Assembly (NCBI RefSeq): GCF_004010195.1
Contig: NC_057719.1
Location: forward strand, 46,480,137-46,544,136
DNA length: 64,000 nucleotides
Source: Chiloscyllium plagiosum
Lineage: Eukaryota
Reading direction: 5' to 3'
Each line of letters starts with the position of its first letter. Within the stretch, counting starts at the first letter, position 1. The notes under the pieces were generated by a model. It was given only the letters and a program-made list of their open reading frames with translations, was not told the origin of the DNA and did no database searches. Positions 1-12,480 of the stretch are shown here, piece by piece. A program made the translations under genes and the position numbers.

Positions 1-214
1 GAATGACATGTTGGTCAGGCCAGGTAAGGATGGCAGTTTCCTTCCCTGAAGGACAGTCGTGAACCAGACAGTTTTTCCAACAATTGGCAATGGTTTCATG
101 GTCATCATTAGACTCTTAACTCCAGATTTTTATTGAATTCAAATTCCACCACCCTGCCATGGCAGGATTCAAACCCAGGTCCCCAGAACATTACCTGGGT
201 TTCTGGAGTGATAG
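1..214 (-). mobile_element. tRNA-derived shark SINE (partial, cut by the window edge)
   Basis: Reverse strand reads ...ctggggacctgggtttgaatcctgccatggcag (B-box-like), then tgaattcaataaaaatctgga...gggaaggaaactgccatccttacctgg. Related degenerate copies lie at about 28.1 kb and 33.1 kb. Confidence 0.7.
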
Positions 215-592
215 TATTCAGAATCCACTTCAACCTCAGCTAATCCATCGATAGCCAGTTTAAACTGTTAATCAAACTGCCCCAGCTGAATTCGGGATAA
301 TGCAAGTCCTACCTCTTCCCCCATCAGAAGAAACTGGGGTTTGGAAACGGGGATGGAACATCCACATCTTGCTCCCGTCCCCATTTTTAAAGGTCCAGGA
401 GTCTTCTCAAATCTGTGAAAATTTGATCAATGATGCCCCACAATGTTTCTTCAAATTGTCACGGAAGACAAAGGGATTTTTGCCAAAACTGAGGCCAAAC
501 TGTATAATACCACAATTTATCCTTCCTGTGAGAAATATTAGAAAGTAATATGAGCTCAGCACAGTGATTTCTACAACTGATAGGTACTCAAT

Positions 593-1590
593 TGTTCCTT
601 TTCTACAATTTGATAGGTAGCTGGAGGGGTTCCCTGGTCACGTACTAAACGAGGAACCTAAATAAGTCATTAATGCACAACTAAAGACCACTTCCTGCTG
701 CCTCATTGATATAACAGGCTCCCAGTGTGCAGCTGGATAGGTTATAACTCAACAGGTCACTGCTCACTGGAAGGGAGCATGGATCCTTCCCATGATCCCA
801 GTGTCAATTGGAAGCCCGGGTTTAAAAATTTCAACCTAACTAAATGTTGGGTCTGGCATGAAGAGATCAAGCGAGAACATAAGGAGAGTGTGAATATAAA
901 ATTTCAAAGTTTCAAGAGTGAGGAACTGCAAATCCTTTCTGGAAAGGAATAAAAGGGATATTTCCAGACGTGCAAGAAATTTAAAAGTAAAGAATCTCTT
1001 GTGAGGGATACATGTAACCTAGAGTAAAGCAATAGGCATTGGCTGGACTTTAGACTGGGGCATATTCCCCACACCCCGGTGTAAATTACTGCTTTCACTC
1101 AGCCAGCTCTACTCGAGTTAATTTTTCAGGCATTGGCCCTTAAATTAGTGTGAGGCAGGATGTCCATTCATTTCCAGAAGGAAGTACCAATCAGAAAGTG
1201 GCAGTATCAGGCAGGAGGAGTAGACACTGCCGATAGGCTGAAGAGGTTGATCTCCAGCAATGGACTTGGACATTCAGTTAAGACTGAGATCTCACTGGGT
1301 TCAGGCTGCATACAGAGTAGGACAAGGGTGAGGGGTAGACTTGGGAAGGAAAAACCATGTGACCCGGGCTTCCAATTGACACTGGGATCATGGGAAGGAT
1401 CCATGCTCCCTTCCAGTGAGCAGTGACCTGTTGAGTTATAACCTATCCAGCTGCACTCTGGGAGCCTGTTATATCAATGAGGCAGCAGGAAGTGGTCTTT
1501 AGTTGTGCATTAATGACTTATTTAGGTTCCTCGTTTAGTACGTGACCAGGGAACCCCTCCAGCTACCTATCAAATTGTAGAAAAGGAACA
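593..1590. repeat. Long inverted repeat: 229-bp arms (593-821 and 1362-1590) with a 540-bp spacer
   Basis: Base-by-base comparison shows the arms are reverse complements with one mismatch (cccagTgtgcag vs cccagAgtgcag). Confidence 0.97.
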
Positions 1591-1696
1591 GTTGGGTTGG
1601 TGTGGGTGAAGATGCTGCTAAGGTTAATATGCCCTCATTCATGGGTTATTTGCCCACCAAGGGAGATGCACACAATTCAGCCCAATGTTTTGGCTG

Positions 1697-1807
1697 TTAT
1701 GTTGCAGTGGTAGTGTCCTTACTTCTGAGCCAGGCAGCCCAGGTTCAAGTGCCATCTGTTCTAGTGGTTTGTAATAACATCTCTGAACAGGTTGATTCAA
1801 AAATACT
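1697..1807 (+). mobile_element. Short tRNA-head SINE
   Basis: A-box-like gttgcagtggtagtg and B-box-like ggttcaagtgcc, followed by a non-tRNA body (aacatctctgaacaggttgat). Confidence 0.55.
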
Positions 1808-3029
1808 TTTTTTCTAACTGGCTGGTCCATACTGACTTGCATTCAAGTGGACGCTGGCTCAAATTTTATCCTGTTTCAAGAATTTTACAGATTGCCAACA
1901 AAATCAAGTCTGCCAGAATCTGCATCATTTTATATAAGAGTTTGTATAATTTTTCTTGTCACAGTGGACTTGGATATTGATGGAAAATGGATGCACTTGA
2001 GTTGCAAATGACTATAAGAAGGATACAGGATTTAACAGTGTTCAAACCATAAAGTTACTACAAAAAGTTTCCAGTACTGTACATCCATGGCAGCATTAGA
2101 CACATTGTTTTTAAAGACATTATCAGAAATAATTCTGTTCCCGTTGAGTTCGCCACTTTCCAAATAGTAGAATAAGAAATAATTATTTCTGAAAATAAAA
2201 TGAGAAAACTGTCTAAAATAAACAAACTAAAACAGGAAATTTCTGAACTGAATTTCTTATGTTTATGCAGATGAAAGATGTCAAAGCCTGTGCAAAGTCT
2301 GAATATTACATTAAAGCAGGCAGAGAGCTAAACAGCTAGATTCCCTTGACCAATAATCCCACTCAGATCAAAGTTAGCGATATCAGCACAACACAGCACT
2401 TAAATGATTCAACCATGTGCCTTCATAGATAACTCCTTTAAGGTTTGATGAGTTGAAAGTTGAGACGTTGCCACTTGATAGTGGAGTTGGGGTGGGGTGG
2501 GAGATGGTAGACAGTCCAGAATTAAAGGCCAACAATGAAACACAATCACCAATAAATTCAGTAAAGAATTTAGAAGAGGCTTCTTCAAGAACAATGGTTA
2601 AGGGTAGTTGTTGAAACTAGCATTAAGGTATTTAAGTGCGACATAGTTAACTACACAAAAGCGAAATGAATAGGAGACAGTGTCAAAGAGCTTAGACAAA
2701 GAATGTAAGGGGCTCAATTGTTAAGACCAGCTGAGAGGAGTGAATAAGCTCTCCTCTTTTCAGAAACTTGGGTTATCTGCAACAGAGGGTGGTCTGAGTG
2801 ACATGGGCTATGGTGGGATTTGTGGTAGAAATGGATGAGGAGACTAGCGAGACTACCACAACGTCTCAGTGAGCATCATACTCCATCTTTTGCCAAACAA
2901 CAAGGTAGATTTCTCACTAGGCAGCTGTGAGTCACCATTGAAAGGGGGAATTATACCTTGTTAAACACCTTATTAACACCAAAGCTCTCCTCAGTAATAT
3001 TCAGTGTCCTTTCTTACTAAATGCACTCT

Positions 3030-4420
3030 GACAAACTAGACATTGAAAATTCTCGACATGGAAGTCAGAGCAAGTACCTGGTGATATCTGGCTGCAAGGG
3101 CTGTCCATGTGGATCAGCAGCAAACATATCTTAGGGCACGATCCATGGGCATCAGCCACATGCCACCCCTTGGAGGAAGTGAGAATTGCAGATGCTGGAG
3201 ACAGAGTCGAGAGTGTGGTGCTGGAAAAGCACAGCAAGTCAGGCAGCATCCGAGGAGCAGAAGAATCAAAGTTTTGGGCTTAAGCTCTTCATCAGGAATG
3301 AGGCTCACCTCACTTCACATGTCACCCCTTGTCCATAGATATTGGCATCAACCTATGCCAATCCTAATGACTATCATGGCTCATCTCCAATCCACTTGCA
3401 GAAGGTCAGAATCAAAGGCCTGCATTGCAGTGTGCAATGAGGATGGCTGGAAATGGGTTAGTGAAAGGAATAATAAGGGGAGGGTCAGTGTGAAAGGGAT
3501 CATGTGGGTTTGGGGGGGGTGGAAAGTGGTTAGGAACTGTTTGGTGACCAGGCAGAGCCTGGCCTGACAGTACCCACCATGAGCTATACAGTGAAATGCA
3601 ATTGGAAAATGGCTGGGCCAATGCCCCAGGGTGGATGGAGTCAGTGTCACTTTTATGGGTGAAAGCACAGGATCCATGTCTACTGGCTGTAAAGATATTG
3701 ATGGGGCAAATTCGTGAAACATGGGTTTACTAATTCCAGCTATATTCAATTTGCAATATTCATTTGTACATTTGCATTGCATGCATAATGAATGTACTAA
3801 TGTGTCAAAAGCTGGTCAAAGATGGATAGCAACATAGCATTGGTGCTGACTAATCTAACATTGTCATTTCTGATATAGAAGTTATCAACAAAACGGAGGT
3901 GAATGCTAGGCAAAAGCACCCATCACTTGTGGATCTTTTGAGAGCACTGTTGGACGAGGGAAACATTGCTGCATCATAAATCTTATAAGTGTGACAAAAG
4001 CCTCTGGTGAATGGAAAGGGGAGTGGTTTGGGTGGGTCTGGGATGGGAAGGTATTTACAGCAGCTTTTTGATGTAATGTGTTGGTCACTCGGCATTGTGG
4101 CACCTTCTCCAAGTTGGTATCTGTGCCTCAAGCAGGGCTGAGATGGAGCAAATGGTAAGGCTGCTGGTGATCCACCTGTTGCTCAGAAAACTCTGGGTGA
4201 GGACCTCCTGGTATAATCCACAGAGTGTGCTATATCATCCTAATGTGTTGTGTTCTGCATAATTGGACCTGGCAACGAGGTGATGTGATAGATGCTGAGG
4301 AGCTGGGGGATTTGGGGCAGTTGTCCAAGGAGAAGGATGGGGACATTGATCTGAAGGAAGCTCTCCTTGTAAATGAGAGTGATCATCTGCACTGAGCCCT
4401 ATAAGGCAAACAGGGCCTGA
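3030..4420 (+). pseudogene. Highly decayed Harbinger/PIF transposase (DDE_Tnp_4) remnant
   Basis: About 4210-4280 translates, with a frameshift, to YNPQSV..IILMCCVLHNWTWQRG, matching the Harbinger C-terminal Y.PE.V..II..CC.LHN motif. Weaker similarity at about 3610-3750. Confidence 0.45.
3173..3302 (-). mobile_element. Penelope-like element terminal-repeat fragment with degenerate hammerhead
   Basis: Same repeat as the 23.7 kb and 57.7 kb copies. Minus strand reads cCTGATGAagagcttaagcccAAAActtt (core G12 mutated). Confidence 0.8.
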
Positions 4421-6417
4421 TCGACATCCAGTTCCAATAGATGTGAGGTAGGTGCAGGAGACCATAATTTATTGTCAAGTCAAGATGCCAACTTTTGGTT
4501 GACATTGCAATTACATTTTCTTTATGTTCCCTTTTGCTGGCTGTCAATGAAAGCCCATGGTTTATCACAGGACTTGTCTGAATGCCTGTCAGTATGTTCC
4601 TACTGAACAATGACAAGATGTGGATGACTACTACACATTCTAGGTAAATGTCCATCTCTTCTTCTTTGCTAAAGGCAACTCCCCAAAATTCAGCTAGTTT
4701 GGGTATTCCAATGACTGAGTTCCTTATTTCCAAGTCTGATAAATTGAAGGTGATGTCTTTCATCTTCAGTATGTGAACTTAATCATATAGGTGTAAATAG
4801 AAACAGGAGATACAGGTTTCTTTGTACCTGATTGGTTTCCATTTTTTTTTAATGAAAGTATTAATTTCAATTCAGACTTGTTTTTATTTATTGATGGTTT
4901 CATGATAGTTGGTCAACCAGTGGACAGGTGATTACTGAAACTATTTGTTAAGTCAATGTCTTTTCATCTTTGAAATCATTTCACTCCATAAAATCAGATG
5001 ATGGAAGTTAAACATTGATAGTCCATAATTTATCACGATTGTGACAATCTCTCAGGACCATCATCATCTACATAAAAATCCACCAAGTATTGGGCTGAAT
5101 AGCCTATTTCGATGTTATAAGTATGCAATTCAACATTTTCAAAATATTTCAACGAATTTTGCACCTGGGAATAAGTGGGGAACGGATATCCTGCCATAGA
5201 GGAGTGTGGTAAGGTGTCTGGATGTAATTATGACTTTTGAAAAGACTTTTATAAGGAGAGAAAAATGAGCTAGGAAGCATTGAATGAGAGAGTTCAAGAG
5301 AATGGGCCTTACTTAGAACATTGACATTCTGTGTAAATATGATCAGTCTTCAGAAAAGCAGAAACACAAAAATAAATGTTACTTTATAGGCATGACGGCA
5401 TTAATAACCTTTTCCCAAACCGTGCTTTTTTATGGTTACACTCTCCAACTTTGGTGTGATTGTAAAATGGTTTGCTGGAATGCCACAGCGATAGCGTTAA
5501 TCTGGAGTTGAGGCTTGACTTTTTCAGCAAGAAGCAGTGTGAGACCAGCCAACTGTGGAGGCAATCCCAAGACCTATACTTCAACACCATATGGAATTTG
5601 AGGGAAGGTTATAATAGGTTTAATGATTGCTACCTCTCCTGCTTACCTTTCTCAGTCTACCTGAATTTAATTTATATGGATAGACAGTGTAGGTGCTGCC
5701 ACCTTCTGGGAGATGGGCTCTACACATGTATCTAATGGCATTATGGGCCACTTTCCCGGAATTCCAGACAGTAGGGAGCAATACAGTGTTCAGACCAGTA
5801 AATGCTATATAGATAGAGTGCAAGATTGAAACAAGCATCTCTCGAAAATAAGATAAAAGTAATCATAATGTAAATTAATATAACCACTTAGAACCTATTA
5901 TGAGTGAGTACGTTTAAAAATAAAATATATTTCATAGCCAAGAGATCTGTACTACACAAAAGATTCGATATATAACACTATGATGTTTGTCTACTGCCTT
6001 TCAAATATAGAAGAATATTTTACATAGTTTTGTTTTATCAGAGTAAAAAATGCAAAATTGGACAATGTATATATTGGTGAAATCTATATTCCACATTTTA
6101 TAGGAAGCAAGGGACCTCGAAATAACACCTTCATTCCAAGAGGCGGAATCTTACATTTTTGGCACATCCCCAATAGGATTTCCTGCTGTTTATTACCAAA
6201 TACCTCTTTAACTACTCACCTCAGCCCTCCGGTGACCATCACAACTGATCCTATCCCTATCTTACCATGTGTATTCTCAGAGCAACTCATCACTCGATGG
6301 TTATCCACTGAAAGACCAGTTTCTCTTTCACCTGCACCATCTTGAAAAGGCTGCTGTGCATTCAGATGAACACCAGCTCATTTAAGGTTGTTTGCTGAGG
6401 ATGTCTGAGAGGAGTTG

Positions 6418-9400
6418 TAAAATAGAGGAGCAGAAATAGACCATTTGATCCATGGAGACTGTTGCATCATTCAGTCATGGCTGATATGTTTCTCAACTCC
6501 ATTATCCTCCCTCTAACCCTTGATTCCCTCGCTATCTTAAATTCACTCAATGACTTGACCTCCTCAATGTTCCGCAGGAAGGAGTTCCACAGATTCACCA
6601 CCCTCTGGCTGAATTCCTTGTCATCTCATTTCTAAAGGACAGTCCTTTCTCTCTGAGGTGGTGCCGTCAGGTCCTAGTCTGTCCTACTAGTGGAAACATT
6701 TTTTCCACATCCACTCTATCCGGGCCTCTTATTATTCTATCAGCTTCAGTGAGATCACTCCTCATCCTTCTAAACTCCATTGGGTACAGACTCAGAGTCC
6801 TCAACCATTCCTGATGTGACAAGCCCTTCATCCCTGGGATCATTCTTGTAAACTTCCTCTGGAACCCCTTCAAAATCAACACATCCTTCAAGAGATGTAA
6901 GGCACAAAATTACTCACAATATTCCAAATGCGATTTAACCAGAGCCTTACACGGCCTCAGCAGTAAATCCCTGTTCTTGTATTTGTGTTCTCTTGAAATT
7001 AATGCTAACATTGCTTTTATCTTACAAGATACCAACTGAACCTGCATGCTAGCCATAAAAGTATTCTGAACTAATACTCCTAAGTCCCTTTGTGCTTTAG
7101 ATTTCCAAAGCCTTTCCCATTTAGGAAATAGTCTACACCTTTATTCTTCCTATCAAAGCGCATAACTCTCCTGGTCCATCCAAGTCCTTTCGCAGCCTCC
7201 TTGCTTCCTCAGCGCCATCTCTTCCTCCACCTATTTTTCTGTGTCATCTGCAAACTTAGCAACAATGCCTTCTGTTCATTCATCCTGATTGCTGATGTGT
7301 AATGTGAATGGTTGTGATCCCAATACTGATGCCTGCAGAACTTCACTAGTCACTGGCAGTCATTCCGAAAAAGACCCCTTTATCTCCACTCTCTGCTTTC
7401 TGCCAGTCAGCCAATTCATTATCCATGTCAGCCCCTTGTTCCTAACACCATAGCCTCTTATTTAGCAGCCTCACATGCAGCACTTTGTCAAATGCCTTTT
7501 GGAAATCCAAATTGATCATGTCTACTGGCTCACCTTTATCTAACTTGCCTCATTACCTCCTCAAATAATTCAAAAAAATTTGTTAGGCATAACCTCCCTT
7601 TGACAAAGCCATGCTAACCTAGCCCCATTTTTATCATGGACTTCCAAGCACACCGCGATCTCATCCTGAATAAATGGGCTCTAAAATATGACTGGGAGAA
7701 AGTGAGGATTGCAGATGCTGGAGTCAAAAAGTGTGACACTAGAAAAGCACGGCCAGTCAGGCAGCATCCAAGGAGCAAGAGAGTCAATGTTTTGAGTATA
7801 AGCTCTTCATCAGGAATGCTATGCTCAAAACATCGATTCTCCTGCTCCTTGGATGCTCCTCCTCCTGACCAGCTGTGATTTTCCAGCGCCACACTTTTTG
7901 ACTTTAAATTTTACCAATGATCAACATTAGGCTAACTTAAACACTGTTGTTACATTAGTAATTTGCCAGTACTTTGGGATGGTCCCAGGCTTCAGTGATT
8001 TCTGAAAGATCACACCAATGCCTTGACAATCTCCTCAGCTATCTCCTTCAGAATTTTGGAGTGTAGTCTGTCCAGTCCAGGTGATTTATCCACCTTCAGA
8101 TCTTTCAGCTTCTCCAGCACCTTCTCCTTAGTGATGGCCACTACACTCATCTCTGTCCCCTGATTCTCGTGAAGTTCTGGTATGCTACTTGTGCCTTCTT
8201 GTATACTATTGTGAAGACTGATGCAAAGTACCTATCCAGTTCCTTTGTCATTTCTTTGCTCCCCATTACTAGTTCTCCAGTTTCATTTTTCAGTGATCCA
8301 ATGTCTATTCTGACCTCTCTTTGACCTTTTATATATCTGACAAAATTCTTGCAATCTTCTTTTTTATTACTAGCTGGCTCATATTTCATCTCCCTCCATC
8401 CCCAATATTGCTTTCATAGTTAATCTCTGCTGGTTTTTTCAAAGGCTTCTGGCTTCACACTAATCTTCACAACATTGTATGCTTTTTCTTTTGTTTTTAT
8501 GCTGCCCCTGAACTTCCCCTGTCTGCCATGCTTGTCTTATTATATTCCATCTTCTTGAGATGAATTTCCGTTGTACCTCTGAATTACCCCAGAAACTCCT
8601 GCCTTTGCTGTTCTACCATCATCCCTGCTAGATTCCCCTTTCAATCAACTCTGGCCAGCTCTTTCCTCATGTCTTTGTAGTTACTCAATTTTACTCAATT
8701 GTAATAGCCTTACATCCTCCCTCTCAAACTGCAGGGTGAATTCTATCATATTATAGTTACCACCTCCTAAGGGTTCCTTCAGCTCAAGCCCCCTAATCAA
8801 GTCCAACTCACTACACATCACCAAACCTAGAATTGCCTGTTCCTTGGTGGACTCTACCACAAGCTGCTCCAAACAAACCATCTCGCAGATTTTCTACAAA
8901 TTCCTTTTCTTGGGATCCACTACCAAGCTGATTTCCCCAGTCCACCTGCACATTGAGGTCCTGCATGATTATTGTAATAGTGCCTTTCTAACATGCCTTT
9001 CCTATCTCCTGATTTGTTTTCTGCCCCACATTCTAATCACTGCCATGAGGCCTGTACGCAATCCTGTCAGGCTGTTTTTCTCCTTTGTGGTTCTTCAACT
9101 CAACCCACACAGATTGTACGCCTTCCGACTTTATATCACTTCTTACTATTGATTTAATTTCTTAAGAACAAGGCATCCCTACCCCATCTGCCTTTCTGCA
9201 TGTCCTTTCAAAAGGATGTGTATCCTTGGATATTGGGTTCCCAGTCCATGTCTCTGTGGTACCCAGAACATCGTACCTGCCAATTTTGATCTGCACGGCA
9301 AGCTTATTTACCTTGTTTTTGTTAATTGCATGCATTTAAGTACATCATCCTGCATTGATTTCCCCTTTTCTCATAATTGTCTCCTTTTCTGCTGTGCCTG

Positions 9401-9450
9401 AAGTTAGATTCCTAACACTTTCCATACCCTTTGTCCTATTACTTTCATGT
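6418..9450 (-). mobile_element. CR1 LINE, decayed ORF2 (endonuclease to RT) plus 3' UTR
   Basis: Peptides QRKFTRMIPGMKGLSHQEWLRTLSLYPMEFRRMRSDL, KEDCKNFVRYIKGQR and QAILGLVMCSELDLIRGLELKEPLG..NYNMIEF; many stops and frameshifts. Confidence 0.92.
7695..7903. mobile_element. Fold-back PLE terminal-repeat insertion nested in CR1
   Basis: gagaaagtgagg...ttcatcaggaatg followed by an inverted copy ctatgctcaaaacatcgattctcc...cacactttttgact. Confidence 0.85.
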
Positions 9451-10158
9451 GTAAATTGTACAATTTATGAATGTTCCTTGGCCTTTCTGATGTGGTAAAC
9501 ATGTGATATTTACACAGAAATATTACAAGTAAAATTTTAACTATGTATTTATGTTTATTTAATATTTACAAAACCACTAATAAAAAATTTCTGACTTACA
9601 TTGTATGGCATTTGGCCTTTGCAGTTTGTAACAGGAATATTGCTGCTAATATGTCATTTAACAACAACTGGCAATGTACTAAAGGTTTCTAAGGTGAATA
9701 CAAATATATAGAACTAACAAGTATATCTTGCAGATGGATCAACTAATTGCATTTGTCATGAATAAAATTGGATCAGTGAGTTGGTTATGTTTATTAAAGG
9801 AAAGAATGCAGCATTTTTGTCAAATTAAATCATTGTGGCCTCGAATTTCTTTGGACTGAGTTATGTTCTCTTACCCCTTTTAAAATAAATTGCATCCAGC
9901 CATGGCCTGCAGAGGGAGATAAATGCAAGTTTCCTGGGTTTGATCATTTGTAACCACATTGGCACTGTAATTGGTGTAAAGTCTGTGTAAAATGTATATA
10001 AGATCTTGAATTGCCTGGAAAGCTGTCTGCGAAAAGTTCAACCTCCTAAGGGTTGTTCCCAGCTTCAGCTGAAGGGCAGGGAAAACATCACTCTTTTCAC
10101 TTCATTCACCAGTAACTTTATTGTACATCTTTGCAACATTTTTATTTGATGTGTACAG

Positions 10159-10321
10159 AAATATGACATCATACTCAGAGGGCAGCAGCACAGGGTACCA
10201 AGGTGGAGGAGAAAAACACAGAACATCACTGTTTTTGACTCCCGTTCCCTCCTCAAGTAACACAGAGACAGGAGGCACAGACCCCTGGATGTGGGGGGCA
10301 CCAAGCAATCCAGAAGTATAG
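10159..10321 (+). CDS. Candidate terminal coding exon of an unidentified gene (NMTSYSEGSSTGYQGGG...DPWMWGAPSNPEV*)
   Basis: T-rich tract plus cag acceptor at 10156-10158, an open frame to TAG, GC content above the AT-rich flanks, no resemblance to local repeats. No homolog recognised. Confidence 0.25.
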
Positions 10322-10741
10322 CATGTGTCTTCCTCATCTCCACAGCTGCAGAGCAGTGGTGTCTTGCAAGGTAACCCCTTGGCACCCTGTTACTTGTCCA
10401 TGCTAGGACAAACAATGCAATTGTCATACGGAATTGTGTGATAGACCATTCTTCAGTTTCTTAAAGCAACACTACCACACTAAGCCATTATACTGCATTC
10501 TAGTTAAGTTGAGAACTTGTCCTTTTTGCACTTTGGCTACAAAACATCGTAAATACTTTGATACGCAAACCTTAGCAAACTACTTTAGTGACCTTATACC
10601 CACACATTTCACATTTTAGTTCCCCTACACCATTTACTGTATTGCAATTTTTCTCAATTTCTAATTTTTCACAAATGAATTCGAATTCCAGATTTTTTAG
10701 AAAACAATGTTAATTTTGGTTCAAACTGGCTCAAATTGGTA

Positions 10742-11685
10742 GTCATAGTCATAGAGACATACAGCATAAAAACAGGCCCTTAGGCACATCATCTCTATAC
10801 CGACCAACAAACTATACTAATTCCATTTACCTGCATTCGATCCATAGCCTACTATGCCCGGGTATTTTGAGTGCCCATTCAGATACTTTTGAAATATTGC
10901 AAGAGTATCTGCCTCCACCAATCTCTCAGGTATGACATTCCATATTTCTGCCATCCTCCTACTGAGAAAACATTTCTTCAAACCTCCTCTAAACCTCTTA
11001 CTCCTCACTTTAAACTTGTGCCCTTAGACTCATCTGCCAGGGGAAGAGATTCTTATGATCGACTTCATCAATGCCCCTTTTAATACTGTATCTCAATCAG
11101 AAGCTTCTAGGCCTCTTCTGCTCCAAGAAAAACAGACCAAGCCATCTGGTCTCTCCATATAACTGAGACTTTCCATCCCAGGCAACATCCTGGTGAATCT
11201 CCATTGCAACGTCTCCAGTCCTTCTGATAGTGTGTTGACCAGAACCACAGACAGTATTCACATGTTTTATGAAGTTGTATCAAGTCTTCCTCGCTTCTAT
11301 ATTCTACAGCCTAACTCATGAAGGCAAGCATTCTATAAGCTTTCTTTACCACTGTCTACCTGTGCTGAAACCTTCAGGGATATATGGACTTGTACACTAA
11401 AGTCCCATTATTCTTCAGTACTCTCTGGGGACCTACCATTCAATGTGTATGTCCTTCCCTTGTTAGACCTCCAAACACGCATCACCTAAACTTATCAGGA
11501 TAAATTCCATCTGCCAATGTGTCAGCTGATCAATGTCAGACTGTAGCATGAGGCCATTCTCCTCACTATCAATGACACCACTGATTTGCATGTCAACCTG
11601 CAAACATACCAATTATAACTTGAATTCATATCTAAGTCATTCATGTACATAACAAACTGCAAGAATCCCAGCACTGATCCCTTCT
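10742..11685 (-). mobile_element. CR1 LINE, 5'-truncated
   Basis: RT C-terminal peptide (RFRGGLKKCFLSRRMAEIWNVIPERLVEADT) and (ctatga)n-type tail at 10742. Confidence 0.9.
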
Positions 11686-11949
11686 TTAACTCTTTGTACC
11701 CATGAAGAGAAGGTCATTGAGCTCTTGAAACCCACTCATCTTATATATTGTGGGAGATGATGTGTTCAGCAGCAGCATGCTGGTGCAGAGTTACAACTGA
11801 AGATCTATACTGTTGCCCTAGAATCCATGTGAAGCAAATAGCATCCCCACATCCACTTCTCTGAATTCTTTATGAAAGAGTAAAACTCATCCAATTTTTG
11901 TATTCAGTCCATTTCTTTAGGCCCATTATAATAGTAGGAATCAGAAAAG

Positions 11950-12480
11950 AATACAAACAATGATGGAGGAGGAGGAAGTTCTGGGAATGTTTTTCCATGT
12001 TCTTGAAACTGCTCTGTATCTTCATGAGGTTTAGGCCTTTGATAACACTCTGTTATTATTTTGCAAATCTTCACTGGAATATGAGATAAATATCAATGAT
12101 ATGTTCCAGTATTTTGAACATTGCTCTGGCCATGGTATACTTATATGCTTCATTAAATCCTGCTTGCTGCTGGCCGAGGAGGATTATGGAGCGACACCAT
12201 GGTTGGAGTATGTATATTCAAGAAGCTGGATAGCAATCTTTAGTTTCCTTCCAAAACACTGTAGTATGCTTGAATGCTTCAGAATCATCCGTCTGAGTTT
12301 TCTTTGAATATCCATAACAAGGCCTTAACTACTTTTCTCCCCATCACTTGGATTTTCATGAACTATTTTTCAGTAGTTACAGTCTTCGGAATAACATTAA
12401 ACGTGGATAAATGGGCCGTTCATCCTTTTTATTGTTGGCACATAGCTACCGCTTCATTAAAAATAGCAAGCAGATGAAAA
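11950..12480 (-). pseudogene. Decayed Harbinger transposase remnant
   Basis: Minus-strand frameshifted motifs in Harbinger order: NGPFIHV (~DGTHI), SMKIQV, DDSEAF (~HDS.IF), DCYP (~GDS.YP), MVSLHNP..QQQAGFNEAY, KICKIITEC. Confidence 0.5.

Noticed and set aside
725..1404. Two ORFs sharing the peptide MDPSHDPSVNWKPG, suggesting duplicated genes
   Set aside because: Trivial consequence of the 229-bp inverted repeat; no coding evidence.
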